Shown one piece after another: positions 1 to 9,740 of a stretch of 57,286 bases of DNA. The position numbers were made by a program, and so were the translations under genes. Numbering within the stretch: position 1 is the stretch's first letter; each line of letters begins with the position of its first letter. The stretch is from an uncultured virus (IMG/VR IMGVR_UViG_3300046694_000616) (lineage: Duplodnaviria; Heunggongvirae; Uroviricota; Caudoviricetes). The notes under the pieces were generated by a model. The model searched no databases. It was not told the origin of the DNA and worked only from the letters and a program-made list of their open reading frames with translations. The stretch lies in the IMG/VR virus record IMGVR_UViG_3300046694_000616; one strand, written 5' to 3'.

Positions 1-1
1 C

Positions 2-265
2 ATGCCTGGAGACCTTGTATGCCCGGCCACGCGCGGGGGAACCCCCTATTCTCCATCGGGGCTCTTTCGCCGGGTGAGCGCATGGCTAGCGCCATTGGGC
101 GAAAAGCTACCTCAAAGCGGCCCCAATCTGTTACGCAATACATTCGCCCGGCAGGCGCTTCTGAGCGGGCGATACACTCCGGCCGATGTCCAGGAGTTCT
201 TGGGCCACGAAGAGTTGCGTCCAACGGCAAAGCATATGGCAGCAATCGAGCTTTTGTCTACGTGA
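2..265 (+). CDS. Tyrosine recombinase/integrase, C-terminal fragment (5' truncated by window edge)
   Basis: GPNLLRNTFA...VQEFLGH matches the HxLRHT/LGH boxes; expected His and catalytic Tyr positions read N and H. Confidence 0.75.
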   Translation: MPGDLVCPATRGGTPYSPSGLFRRVSAWLAPLGEKLPQSGPNLLRNTFARQALLSGRYTPADVQEFLGHEELRPTAKHMAAIELLST

Positions 266-321
266 CGGGCACCCGTGGGTATGATAGTTTACAAATATTT
301 CGAAGTATTTCCTCGTCAGGC

Positions 322-2037
322 ATGTTTAAGAATTCAGTGACCGTGCAAATGGCCGTCTTCATGGCCGTTGTGGCCGCTATTACGGGATGTTTGACGTTTT
401 CGTATTCCGAGGCGATACCCTACTTACATAGCGAATTTCCATCTATCCGAAGGGTGCATGACGAAAGACCATATGTCATCGAAAGTATTCTAAGTCTCGT
501 AGCCTTGATTCTTTCCCTCTTTGCCATATCTCAAATCAAGGCCGTCAAGCAGGGATTCAAGACCGGCTTCGGTTCGTTCGACGTACTCAACGGCGTCATC
601 ACATCGACACAGTTTAGCCCCGACACGGGCCTGTTATTCATCGACGCCAACGGGAAAATTCTGACGACCACGCAGTTGCCGATGCGCGTCGCGCAGGTTT
701 CGAGCCCTGCGGACATGATAGGCAAACGGTTTGACGACGTCTTTCTGGACAAATTCGTCCGGCTGCTGGAGGAGCTGCTTGAAAAGTCCCGTACGACGCG
801 GCAGCCGGTGGCTGTAGATATTTCCGACTGGACGGCGTATTGCAACCAGGCGCTTGGACCGGTCATCCTCATTGCGATGCCTTCCTTTCGTGACGGGCAG
901 TATATCGGGCATACCATCGGGTTTCGAAGCTCCAGCGAACTGCGGCTCGCGGAAGAATCGGCAATCCTGCACCAGCACAACTATCAGGTTCTGTTCGATA
1001 ATCTGAATAGCGGCGTCGCAGTCTGCCGGCTTGCTGTGAGCAGCGACGGCGGTCCCGACGCGTATATCGTCGAGGCAAACCGGTCCTTCAACCGCTTGAT
1101 GGATGGGCTTCCGCTGCCCTACACGGAACCCTGTTCCGTCGCATGGCCGAGCTTCTCCAGCCACGACAAGTTGCGCGAGGGTATCGGCCGGGTCACGTCC
1201 GGGGAACAGAATTACCGCTGCCAGATTTTCCTGCCCGAGCTGGGAAAGCATTTTGACGTGATACTCGCGGCGCTGACCGCGGGCCGGTTCCTGCTCATCT
1301 TTTACGACCAGACTGATGTTCGAAGTCAGGAGCAGCAGGTTCTGGCGCTGAACGACCGCATGCAGCGCAATCTGTCACACCAGGCCACGTATTTGAGCAG
1401 CCTGCTCGACGATATTGACCACTTCCATATGGCCGTGACCGACATCTCGGAAGCACAACTGGACAGGATTTCCAAGGCCGTGCCGAACATCGACCCGCCT
1501 ATGGCGGAGGAGATTTCCCAGGCCACCACAGAGCTCTACCGGGTGAGCAGCCAGTTTCATCGGTACCACAATGCGCTCGGACTGCCGTACCAGGCAACTG
1601 CGCTGGTACATCCGACGGAAATCGTCACGCGGGTCCTGGAGAAGCTCGAAAACCGGTACCCTGACGTCAAGTTTTTCGTGCGCAAGCTGCCTGCCGTCGT
1701 TGCCAGCCCGGAGGTGCTCACCTGCATTCTCGAACGCGTTCTTGGGACGCTCGCAGGACAACCGCACGGCGACGCAGCCAGGATTACGGTCGAGGGTATC
1801 GGCGGATTTCTCACCACCGGGGTATGCGTGGAGGCGACGGGTCTGACGTTCACGTCGTTGTTTTTAGAGATTCCGCCGGACACGCAGCCGCTCGACTGGA
1901 CGCTCACGAGCGACCTCGAGCTGGCCACCGTCCGGCGCATGGTGACCGAACACGGTGGCGAGTTGCTCATCGGTCCGGCCGAACACGGCGAAGGTGTCCG
2001 GCTATCCTTGACAATTGGCTCACCGGTCAAGAGCTGA
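322..2037 (+). CDS. Membrane PAS-domain sensor, degenerate histidine-kinase-like
   Basis: Two N-terminal TM segments, PAS-like segments (YQVLFDNLNSGVAV..YIVEANRSF), HATPase-like tail (LELATVRRMVTEHGGEL); ATG at 322. Confidence 0.65.
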   Translation: MFKNSVTVQMAVFMAVVAAITGCLTFSYSEAIPYLHSEFPSIRRVHDERPYVIESILSLVALILSLFAISQIKAVKQGFKTGFGSFDVLNGVITSTQFSPDTGLLFIDANGKILTTTQLPMRVAQVSSPADMIGKRFDDVFLDKFVRLLEELLEKSRTTRQPVAVDISDWTAYCNQALGPVILIAMPSFRDGQYIGHTIGFRSSSELRLAEESAILHQHNYQVLFDNLNSGVAVCRLAVSSDGGPDAYIVEANRSFNRLMDGLPLPYTEPCSVAWPSFSSHDKLREGIGRVTSGEQNYRCQIFLPELGKHFDVILAALTAGRFLLIFYDQTDVRSQEQQVLALNDRMQRNLSHQATYLSSLLDDIDHFHMAVTDISEAQLDRISKAVPNIDPPMAEEISQATTELYRVSSQFHRYHNALGLPYQATALVHPTEIVTRVLEKLENRYPDVKFFVRKLPAVVASPEVLTCILERVLGTLAGQPHGDAARITVEGIGGFLTTGVCVEATGLTFTSLFLEIPPDTQPLDWTLTSDLELATVRRMVTEHGGELLIGPAEHGEGVRLSLTIGSPVKS

Positions 2038-2056
2038 CGTATCCCGCTCCCACCCT

Positions 2057-2090
2057 AAGCGCCCAGCACTGCTGGGCGTTTTGCTTTTTG
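2057..2090 (+). terminator. Intrinsic terminator
   Basis: gcgcccagca-c-tgctgggcgt stem followed by T-rich tail. Confidence 0.7.
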
Positions 2091-2130
2091 TGTGGTATAA
2101 TGTCACTATTCAATCAACGAGTTAACTAAA

Positions 2131-4167
2131 ATGACCATCACGGTGGACGAATCGCTTGAAACTCGCTATGCGAGCCTGAAGCAGCGTGTCGCGGAACTTT
2201 CCCACGCCTATCACGTGGACGACACACCGCTCGAAAGCGACGCCGTGTATGACGGACTCTTCCGCGCGCTCCAGGAGCTCGAGGCAGAGCACCCGCATCT
2301 GGTCACACCCGACTCCCCGACGCAGCGTGTGGGCGGCGAAACGCTCAAGTCGCTGCCTACTGTCCGCCATCAGGTTCCGATGCTGTCCATCGACAATTCG
2401 ATGGATGCGGCAGCCGCTGAAGAATTTGTGCGCGGCATCGCAGCCGAGCTTGGCGTCTCGCCGGAGTCGCTGGAATTCACCCGCGAACCCAAGTACGACG
2501 GCCTGTCATGTGGCCTGCGCTATGTGAACGGCCTTTTCGTTCAGGCAGTGACGCGCGGCGATGGCGAAGAGGGCGAAGATGTCACGGCGCAGGTGCGCAC
2601 CATCAAGAGCGTGCCGCTGCGTCTCGCGCGTCCTATTACGGCGGAAGTGCGCGGTGAAGTGCTGATGGCCAAGGCGGACTTCGAACGCCTGAACGAGCAG
2701 CAGCGGGCAGTCGGCGAGGACGAATACGCAAACCCGCGCAATGCCGCCGCAGGCAGCCTGCGCACGCTCGACCCGAAAGTCACGGCGGCGCGCCGCCTGA
2801 GCTTCTACGCATACGGCATCGTTGATGCGCGTGGCCAGGGTTACGACACGCACGACGCCACGCTCATCGGCCTGGTCGAGCTCGGCTTCAAGGTCAGCAC
2901 GCTGTTCAGCGTCGTGACGGGCGTGCAAGGCGTGCTCGACTCGTTCCAGGACGTCGCAGCTGTTCGCGCGGACCTGCCGTTCGACATCGACGGCGTGGTC
3001 TACAAGCTCAAGTCCTATCGTCAGCAGGAAGTGCTCGGCTGGAACAACCGCACGCCGCGCTGGGCCACTGCCTACAAATTCCCGGCTGAAGAGCGTCCGA
3101 CGACCCTCGATGCCATCGACGTGCAGGTCGGCCGCACGGGCAAGCTCACTCCGGTGGGTCGCCTGAACCCGGTGCACGTCGGCGGGGTGACGGTCACGAA
3201 CGTGACGCTGCACAACGAGCATCAGGTCAACAACATCAAGGGCGTTCGCGTCGGCGACACGGTGGTTATCCGCCGCGCGGGTGACGTGATTCCCGAACTG
3301 GTGCGTCCGCTGCTCGAACTGCGTCCGGCAAGCGCCGTCGAATTCAAGATGCCGGAGCACTGCCCGACGTGCGGCTCGGCCGTGAAGTTCATCGAAGGCT
3401 CGGAAGAAGGCATGGGCGAGCACTACTGCACGGGTGGGACGAGTTGCCCCGACCAGCGCCTGTTCCGTCTCACGCACTTCGGCTCGCGCGGCGGTCTCGA
3501 CATTGAAGGATTGGGCGAAGGCAGTGTCAAGGACCTGCTCGCCGCTGGCCTCATCAACAAGGCCTCGGACCTCTACTCGCTGGATACGGCTGCGGTAGCC
3601 AAGCTCGACGGATGGGGCGCGACATCTGCCGCGAAGCTGGCCGCAGGCATTGCGGCATCCATCGGCCGACCGCTGCGCCGCTTCATCTTCGCGCTCGGCA
3701 TCGAATCCGTAGGCGAAGGCACCGCAAAGCGCCTGGCATTGCACTTCGGCAGCTGGGAAGACTTCTGCACGGCGAAAGAGTCGGAGCTGCTGTCGGTCGA
3801 AGACATCGGCCCTATCACGGCCCGCTCCATCATCGCCGCGTTTGAGGACGAACACTTCGGCGCAGAAATGGACCTTCTCGCGACCCTGGCCAAGCCGACC
3901 AACGAAGCCAAGCGCGCCGAAGGCGGCGCGCTGACGGGCAAGACGGTTGTCGTCACGGGCACGCTGCCGACGCTCTCGCGTGACCAAGCGAAGGCGTTGG
4001 TCGAAAAGCTCGGTGGCAAGCCGTCTGACTCGGTCAGCAGGAAGACTTACGCACTCGTCGCGGGCGAAGGCGCGGGCTCCAAGATGACCAAGGCCAAGGA
4101 AGCCGGTGTTCCCGTCTATGACGAAAGCTGGCTGCTCTCGCTGGCCGCGACTGCGGACGACATCTGA
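2131..4167 (+). CDS. ligA: NAD-dependent DNA ligase
   Basis: EPKYDG adenylation motif, TRGDG, EVRGE, NPRNAAAGSLR, DGVVYK, Cys4 zinc finger, HhH repeats, C-terminal BRCT; extended -10 TGGTATAAT at 2093-2101. Confidence 0.97.
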   Translation: MTITVDESLETRYASLKQRVAELSHAYHVDDTPLESDAVYDGLFRALQELEAEHPHLVTPDSPTQRVGGETLKSLPTVRHQVPMLSIDNSMDAAAAEEFVRGIAAELGVSPESLEFTREPKYDGLSCGLRYVNGLFVQAVTRGDGEEGEDVTAQVRTIKSVPLRLARPITAEVRGEVLMAKADFERLNEQQRAVGEDEYANPRNAAAGSLRTLDPKVTAARRLSFYAYGIVDARGQGYDTHDATLIGLVELGFKVSTLFSVVTGVQGVLDSFQDVAAVRADLPFDIDGVVYKLKSYRQQEVLGWNNRTPRWATAYKFPAEERPTTLDAIDVQVGRTGKLTPVGRLNPVHVGGVTVTNVTLHNEHQVNNIKGVRVGDTVVIRRAGDVIPELVRPLLELRPASAVEFKMPEHCPTCGSAVKFIEGSEEGMGEHYCTGGTSCPDQRLFRLTHFGSRGGLDIEGLGEGSVKDLLAAGLINKASDLYSLDTAAVAKLDGWGATSAAKLAAGIAASIGRPLRRFIFALGIESVGEGTAKRLALHFGSWEDFCTAKESELLSVEDIGPITARSIIAAFEDEHFGAEMDLLATLAKPTNEAKRAEGGALTGKTVVVTGTLPTLSRDQAKALVEKLGGKPSDSVSRKTYALVAGEGAGSKMTKAKEAGVPVYDESWLLSLAATADDI

Positions 4168-4206
4168 TAACGCGCCGTACCTGAACAAACCGCCTGGAGC
4201 CCATAC

Positions 4207-4968
4207 ATGACCCAAAAAAACCCCGGCAAACAGCACGAGGCCGCTGTTGATGCAGTCCTCTCGAAGCTCAAGGCCTTTCTGATGGCGCCCGACCACGGCG
4301 ACGGCGGCTGGCCCGATATTCCGCGTGAGGAATTGGATACCGCGGCGGAGCTTGTGCGCGAGGTGGTCGACATCAAGTGGGGCCGGGATGTGGACGACGA
4401 TTCCCCCGTGCGCGTGCGCATGTGGCACCGTGGTCAGGTTCGCATGGTCTGCGACTGGGCATTCATCGACAATGGTCCGCGAGACGAGTCGCGCGAGACA
4501 GCGGATGCACGGCAGGAGCGATTCATCCGCAATATCAGCACGATTTCTTCAGTGCAGGCCTCGTGCGCTGAAGAGCTCAAGCGCGTGCACGTCGAGATGG
4601 CGGATGTCCACTCACGTGACAAGCGGAAAAGGGCCGCATTCGAAGTGCATTATGTGCGCTACAAGGCAACGCCAGAGTGGGATGCGGGCGAGCATCGCAA
4701 GTACGAGCCCGCCAGCGTCCACCTGACGGAGGAAGACGCCGAAAGCTTCATCGCCGAACGAGCGAAGGCAGGCATGGCCGTCTCGTATCACGTCGTGAAG
4801 CGCGCGGTGCCGGGTTACCGCGACAGTGACGCGGAGGGCTTCGCCGAGTACCGCCAGAAGGTTGCAGACAACTGCGGCAAACTGCTTCCCGATTTCAAGC
4901 TGACCACCGAGCTGAACCTCCAGCACGGACGCTCGCTCAAGAAGCCTGCGGCCACGGCAGCAGGCTGA
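4207..4968 (+). CDS. Hypothetical protein
   Basis: 253-aa ORF, GGAG RBS, coding-like codon usage. Confidence 0.7.
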   Translation: MTQKNPGKQHEAAVDAVLSKLKAFLMAPDHGDGGWPDIPREELDTAAELVREVVDIKWGRDVDDDSPVRVRMWHRGQVRMVCDWAFIDNGPRDESRETADARQERFIRNISTISSVQASCAEELKRVHVEMADVHSRDKRKRAAFEVHYVRYKATPEWDAGEHRKYEPASVHLTEEDAESFIAERAKAGMAVSYHVVKRAVPGYRDSDAEGFAEYRQKVADNCGKLLPDFKLTTELNLQHGRSLKKPAATAAG

Positions 4969-4995
4969 CATCGCACGCGAAACACGAGACCGACA

Positions 4996-5538
4996 ATGGG
5001 TTGGAAAAACGTAAAAGAGCACTACCGGATTGGGCTCCATCTGGTTTACGTGACGAACGAAGGAATCTGCATTGGTTCCGGTTATTCCTTGAGCCAGATG
5101 GTCATTTCGCGAACGGGAGAGCTACTTAAGGTCGATGAGCGAGAGCCCGCGATGCGGCGTTACCGTTCCGAGATGGAAGCTGACCCGGTGACGTTGCGCC
5201 GGCTTATCGAAACTCCAGACCAGTTCCGTCGCTCGATGACGGTGTTCACGTTCGACGAAGCGCGCATCGTTGAGAAGCAATGCGAGGAGTTCGGCTGGCA
5301 GACGGTGACTCACGATGGCGAGTTGATGACGGGAGCCCGGTTCTCGACCGACCGTGACGAGGCCATCCGCCTCGCCAAGCGCGCGGCTGAAGACGACATC
5401 CGCGGCCTCACCCGAACCATCGACGCGATGACCGAAGAGATGGCGGCCCTGTCGCGTCGCCGGGCGGCGCGGGAAGCGATTCTCAGCGAGCTGAACGCCA
5501 GCTATCCGGCCGTTCAGGCGGAGGCGGCTCATGGGTGA
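4996..5538 (+). CDS. Hypothetical protein
   Basis: 180-aa ORF in operon, C-terminal coiled coil. Confidence 0.7.
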   Translation: MGWKNVKEHYRIGLHLVYVTNEGICIGSGYSLSQMVISRTGELLKVDEREPAMRRYRSEMEADPVTLRRLIETPDQFRRSMTVFTFDEARIVEKQCEEFGWQTVTHDGELMTGARFSTDRDEAIRLAKRAAEDDIRGLTRTIDAMTEEMAALSRRRAAREAILSELNASYPAVQAEAAHG

Positions 5539-5722
5539 AGCCAAACGCCGCGGCACCCGGGAGCAGCGTGTGGCCGCTGCAGAACCACGCGCGCCAAAGA
5601 TGGGCGCGCAGGAGCGCCGGCAAGTCATGACCGACGCTTTGGTCCGCGGCCTGTCGAAAGGCATCGTGGACGTGCTCGCTCCGATTTTCGGCGCCCCTCG
5701 GGACCGCGGTACGAAGCACTGA
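5531..5722 (+). CDS. Small hypothetical protein (MGEAKRR-type N-terminus)
   Basis: GGAGG RBS, overlaps upstream stop. Confidence 0.6.
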   Translation: MGEAKRRGTREQRVAAAEPRAPKMGAQERRQVMTDALVRGLSKGIVDVLAPIFGAPRDRGTKH

Positions 5723-5870
5723 GCCCACGCCAGGACGGGCACAGGCCGACGCACTGGTAGCCAGAAATTGCGGAGTGTCATGCTCCGCTTTTTCATTTGG
5801 GCGTCTCTTCTTGCAGTCGCTGGTCTTCCTATACGAGATGAGTTCATTCATTTCAAGTAGAGGACAGACC

Positions 5871-8081
5871 ATGGATACGCAAGCAGACCTGCTCAGCAGT
5901 GAGACTTTCGCGCAAGTTCACCCGGTGTTGTTTAAGCCCAGGAAAAAGGAGGCGGAGTTTCAACCCGTCGTCTTGCGCACCGCCCCCGAAGTAGTCGTGG
6001 CCATGCCGGAGACCACTCTCCACGAGAAAGTGCTGAAAGCAGTGGCCATTCTCAAGTGGGCGATGCAGCAATATGAAATCTGCTATAGCTATTCGGGCGG
6101 GAAGGACAGCAGCACAGTCCTTTCCCTGGCAATGGCGGCCGCGGCGCAACTGAAGGCCGAAGGCAAGCAGGTTAGGCGGTTTCTGGTGCTTAATTCGGAC
6201 ACCCAGGTAGAAAACCCTGAAGTTCTGGGCGTAGTTCGTGGGGAGCTCGAGCGCGTGCGGGAATGGATTGAGGAGCATGGCCTCCCGGGACACATTGCGG
6301 TCACGGAGCCGTACATTCTCAGCCAGTGGGCAGTCACCATCATCGGTGGCAAGACCCTCATCAGCACGCCGCTTACCAACCGCAACTGTACGACAGACCT
6401 GAAGTCGACGCCGCTCGGCCGAGTGCGTACGCAGTTTTTCGGACACAACCGCGTGGCAGAAGGCAAGTTCACGGTGGGCGTGACGGGCGTTCGTTTCGAC
6501 GAAAGCGCGGAACGCGCGGGCAACATGACCAAACGTGCCGAATCGCCGATTCAGTTGGTCCAGACGCATGAGAACCAGGACGTATTCCTGGCTCCCATCG
6601 CAAACTGGACGACCGATGAAGTGATGGAGTACATCGGCCTGGCCGTTAACCGGGATGTTCTTCCGGAAGAGGAGCGGTTGCCTGTTGCCCTCTACAGCGA
6701 CTTTGTTGACGTCTGGCGCATCTACAAGGATGCCGAAGGCGAATGCACGGTCGGTCGTGGTGACAAGCCGTCGAAGGGCTGTGGTGCGCGTCACGGTTGT
6801 TACGTGTGCACGATGGTCGGCTCGGACAAGAGCATGGATGCGTTCCTCTCGCAGGAGCAGTATGCCTACATGGAACCGCTCACGCGCTTCAGGGAGTACG
6901 TCAACAACACGGTGTATGACCTTAGCAAGCGCACGTGGATTGGTCGCACCATCATCGACGAACACATTGTGTACGGGCCTGATGCATACTCTCCGGAGTA
7001 CGTGCAAGACCTGCTGCGCTACGCGTTGACGATTGACCGGGACGAAAAGCTCGCTGCAGAGGCGCTGGGTCTCAAGGAACCGCGATTCCAAATCGTGAGC
7101 CCTCGTGCCCTGGTTGCCATCGACGCAGTATGGAGCCTCCAGGCATACACGCTGCCCTTTTCAGCCTTGGCCATTTACTACGACGTCTACGTGAAGGGCA
7201 TGCGGTTCGATGTCCCAACCGTGGCAAAGGTGCAAGCAGGTCCGGTGCCGAAACCTCGCTACATCCCGGTCCATAACTGGGATGAGGACGCGCCGGATGC
7301 CTTCACGGGCCTGCGCAACCCGATTCTGGAAGCAACGGACGGCCCTTGTACGGCCTTGCGTGAAATCCAGGTGAAGGGCGAGTCTCGCCAGGTGATGGAG
7401 ATGGACACCGCGCGCATGTTCGATGTGCACGAGGAGTCGGTCGGATACATCCTGAACTTCGAGCTCGAGCGGCTGGTGAAGCGGCATTACGAGGCGGCGC
7501 GCCGGTTGAACACGGTCGGCGTCAGCCTGGTGGGCGAGGGCTACAAGTTCTACGTGCAGTACGGCGCCATCACATTGGCCAAGTCGCAAGTCGGAGAAGT
7601 GGACAGCATCCTGCGTCGCTCGAGCTGGCGTGAGCAAAACAGGCTGTCTGGCTACAACTACGACCGTGACCACGCTTTTGCGATGTCGCTGGAAGCCCCG
7701 GTTCCGCTCGATGAGCGCAAGCGTCCCGCGCGGCCGGCTCCGGAAGTCGAGGCAGAGGCTGAGCGGAAGTATCGTCGCAGTGAAGTACGCGAACGACGCA
7801 TCCCGCTTAGCATGCTGTATGCGGAGTGGGCGCCCGATGTCTCATGGCGCACGATGGGTCGACGTGGATTGCCGGTGCGCAAGCTGCTCGCGCACTGTCT
7901 CCAGAAGGGAAATAAGCAGTACGGGACACAGACGTTCAAGGGGTGGGCTCGCCATCACTTTGTGCGGCTGGGCGAACTGACGCAGTTCCTGAAGGACAAT
8001 CCTGATGTCGCAGAGCAGGTGAAGGAGCATCGCAGTGCAAGCCGTCGCAAAGGCATGCAGCTCATGCTCTTTGCAGCGTAA
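5871..8081 (+). CDS. PAPS reductase family protein, DndC-like
   Basis: SYSGGKDSS PP-loop, DTQVENP, RNCTTDLK, GVRFDESAER, RHGCYVCTMV..DKSM motifs typical of DndC; AGAGG RBS before ATG 5871. Confidence 0.8.
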   Translation: MDTQADLLSSETFAQVHPVLFKPRKKEAEFQPVVLRTAPEVVVAMPETTLHEKVLKAVAILKWAMQQYEICYSYSGGKDSSTVLSLAMAAAAQLKAEGKQVRRFLVLNSDTQVENPEVLGVVRGELERVREWIEEHGLPGHIAVTEPYILSQWAVTIIGGKTLISTPLTNRNCTTDLKSTPLGRVRTQFFGHNRVAEGKFTVGVTGVRFDESAERAGNMTKRAESPIQLVQTHENQDVFLAPIANWTTDEVMEYIGLAVNRDVLPEEERLPVALYSDFVDVWRIYKDAEGECTVGRGDKPSKGCGARHGCYVCTMVGSDKSMDAFLSQEQYAYMEPLTRFREYVNNTVYDLSKRTWIGRTIIDEHIVYGPDAYSPEYVQDLLRYALTIDRDEKLAAEALGLKEPRFQIVSPRALVAIDAVWSLQAYTLPFSALAIYYDVYVKGMRFDVPTVAKVQAGPVPKPRYIPVHNWDEDAPDAFTGLRNPILEATDGPCTALREIQVKGESRQVMEMDTARMFDVHEESVGYILNFELERLVKRHYEAARRLNTVGVSLVGEGYKFYVQYGAITLAKSQVGEVDSILRRSSWREQNRLSGYNYDRDHAFAMSLEAPVPLDERKRPARPAPEVEAEAERKYRRSEVRERRIPLSMLYAEWAPDVSWRTMGRRGLPVRKLLAHCLQKGNKQYGTQTFKGWARHHFVRLGELTQFLKDNPDVAEQVKEHRSASRRKGMQLMLFAA

Positions 8082-8086
8082 CTCAC

Positions 8087-8121
8087 ACGCCGCGGAACTC
8101 AGGTTCCGTGGCGTTTTCTTT
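8087..8121 (+). terminator. Intrinsic terminator
   Basis: acgccgcggaac..gttccgtggcgt stem followed by T tail. Confidence 0.65.
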
Positions 8122-8184
8122 GCGCGCTATACGACTTCGAGGGCAAACCTCGCTCCCATCAAATCATCACTGGAGGAATATTCA

Positions 8185-8424
8185 ATGGCACCCTACGTCG
8201 TAACCGCTGACGACATCGAGAACGTCCTGAAGCAATATTCGCTGCGGGTCACCGACACGCAAGGCAAGTCGTTCGAAACGATGGCCGCCGAGCTGGTCGA
8301 CGAGCTCGACCAAGCGCCCGTCGTCGAAGCCGCAGCGAAGGCTGCCACCCCCGAAGCACGCGACCAGGCGGTCTTCAACGCGCTGCACCAGCTGCTCGTG
8401 AAGGAAGGCGTCATCGAGTTCTAA
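8185..8424 (+). CDS. Small hypothetical protein
   Basis: GGAGG RBS, ATG 8185 (MAPYVVTADD...). Confidence 0.75.
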   Translation: MAPYVVTADDIENVLKQYSLRVTDTQGKSFETMAAELVDELDQAPVVEAAAKAATPEARDQAVFNALHQLLVKEGVIEF

Positions 8425-8520
8425 CACGGTCAATTGCCACTTCTCAACGCCATGCTCTATGCATGGCGTTTTCATTTACCAGAATGCGCGGAAAGCCTCG
8501 GCCATCAGGCGGGGATGCAA

Positions 8521-9731
8521 CGCACGCGCGGCGGGTTGTTAACCTCGGCTGCTGCCTGTATACTGTAAAAATGAGTTCCCACGAGCAGACGACCCGGACG
8601 CTGCGCCTTCGCCTGAAAGACCGGCATGCAAGCTTTTTGCGTGAGCAGGCGCGAGAGGTCAACTTCGTCTGGAACTACTGCAACGAGCTGTCATTCAAGA
8701 TACTCCAGCGTGAACGGCGCTTCTGTTCGAACGTCGAGCTGGACAGGTACACCGCTGGCGCCACGAAAGCGGGCCTGTCGCTGCACTCGCAGACGGTGCA
8801 GGCCATCAGCAAGGAACTGGTGACGCGTCGCAAGCAGTTCCGCAAAGCCAGGCTGCGCTGGCGGGTCTCCAGCGGCGCGCGCCGCTCACTGGGCTGGATT
8901 CCGTTCAAGACGTCAGCAATTCGTTATAAAGGCGGGCAGGTCTGGTACGCCGGCCGCCCGCTATCGCTGTGGGATTCCTATGGCCTGCACCAGTGCAGGC
9001 TCGGCACCGGCTCATTCAGCGAAGACAGCCGCGGCCGCTGGTACCTGAATGTCACCGTCGAGCTGAAAAAGGCCGGCGTGACGCCGGCGACCCGAGCCGT
9101 CGGCATCGACCTCGGGCTCAAGGACTTCGCCACGCTCAGCGATGGCCGCAAGGTCGAAGCCCGGCGCTTCTACCGTGACCTGGAGCCCGCACTCGCGGTG
9201 GCGCAGCGCGCGGGCAAGAAGCAGCGTGTCGCGGCGCTTCACGCGAAAATCAGAAACCGGCGCAATGATGCGCTACACAAATTCAGCACCGAGCTCGCCC
9301 GCGAGTACGGCGCTATCTTCATTGGCAATGTGAGTGCCGCGGGCCTGGCAAAAACGAACATGGCAAAGTCCGTGCTCGACGCCGGCTGGAGCGCATTCCG
9401 GACCATGCTGCAGTACAAGTGCGATGACGCAGGCGTGTGGTTCGATGAAGTCAATGAAGCGTATTCAACCCGGACCTGCTCGTGTTGCGCAAGCCTCACG
9501 GGGCCGAAAGGTGTCGCAGGTCTTGGAATAAGAGCATGGCGATGCGACGTCTGCGGCTCGGAACACGAGCGAGACATCAATGCAGCCCGAAACATCCTTG
9601 CTACAGGGATGGCCTCCCGCGCCGGCGGCGCGGGTCTGCATGACGGCCCACCATCAGCCATGCTTGCGGCCGGACGTGGCCGTCTTGCAGAAGGAATCCC
9701 TGCCCTCCCTTTAGGGCGGGGAGGACGTCAA
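8521..9731 (+). mobile_element. Solo-tnpB (IS1341-like) element; right end at ...GGAGGACGTCAA 9731, left end approximate
   Basis: Subterminal hairpin ccctgccct..agggcgggg followed by GTCAA typical of IS605-group right ends; no tnpA nearby. Confidence 0.6.
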
Positions 9732-9740
9732 CAATTGTAA
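8571..9740 (+). CDS. tnpB: RNA-guided endonuclease TnpB (IS200/IS605 family)
   Basis: N-terminal HTH (VWNYC), GIDLG RuvC-I, CSCC...CDVC zinc finger, RDINAARNI RuvC-III; -10 TATACT 8559-8564 suggests a leaderless mRNA. Confidence 0.93.
   Translation: MSSHEQTTRTLRLRLKDRHASFLREQAREVNFVWNYCNELSFKILQRERRFCSNVELDRYTAGATKAGLSLHSQTVQAISKELVTRRKQFRKARLRWRVSSGARRSLGWIPFKTSAIRYKGGQVWYAGRPLSLWDSYGLHQCRLGTGSFSEDSRGRWYLNVTVELKKAGVTPATRAVGIDLGLKDFATLSDGRKVEARRFYRDLEPALAVAQRAGKKQRVAALHAKIRNRRNDALHKFSTELAREYGAIFIGNVSAAGLAKTNMAKSVLDAGWSAFRTMLQYKCDDAGVWFDEVNEAYSTRTCSCCASLTGPKGVAGLGIRAWRCDVCGSEHERDINAARNILATGMASRAGGAGLHDGPPSAMLAAGRGRLAEGIPALPLGRGGRQQL

Noticed and set aside
19..321. 5' extensions of ORF-track calls (19, 5775, 8463, 9747, 37807)
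   Set aside because: They overlap upstream genes or promoters; downstream starts with better RBS or domain boundaries were used
2506..4428. Long antisense ORFs (also 12646-13842, 14038-15267, 16593-17924, 20012-21067, 38530-40086)
   Set aside because: Shadow frames of high-GC3 genes on the opposite strand with no recognisable motifs
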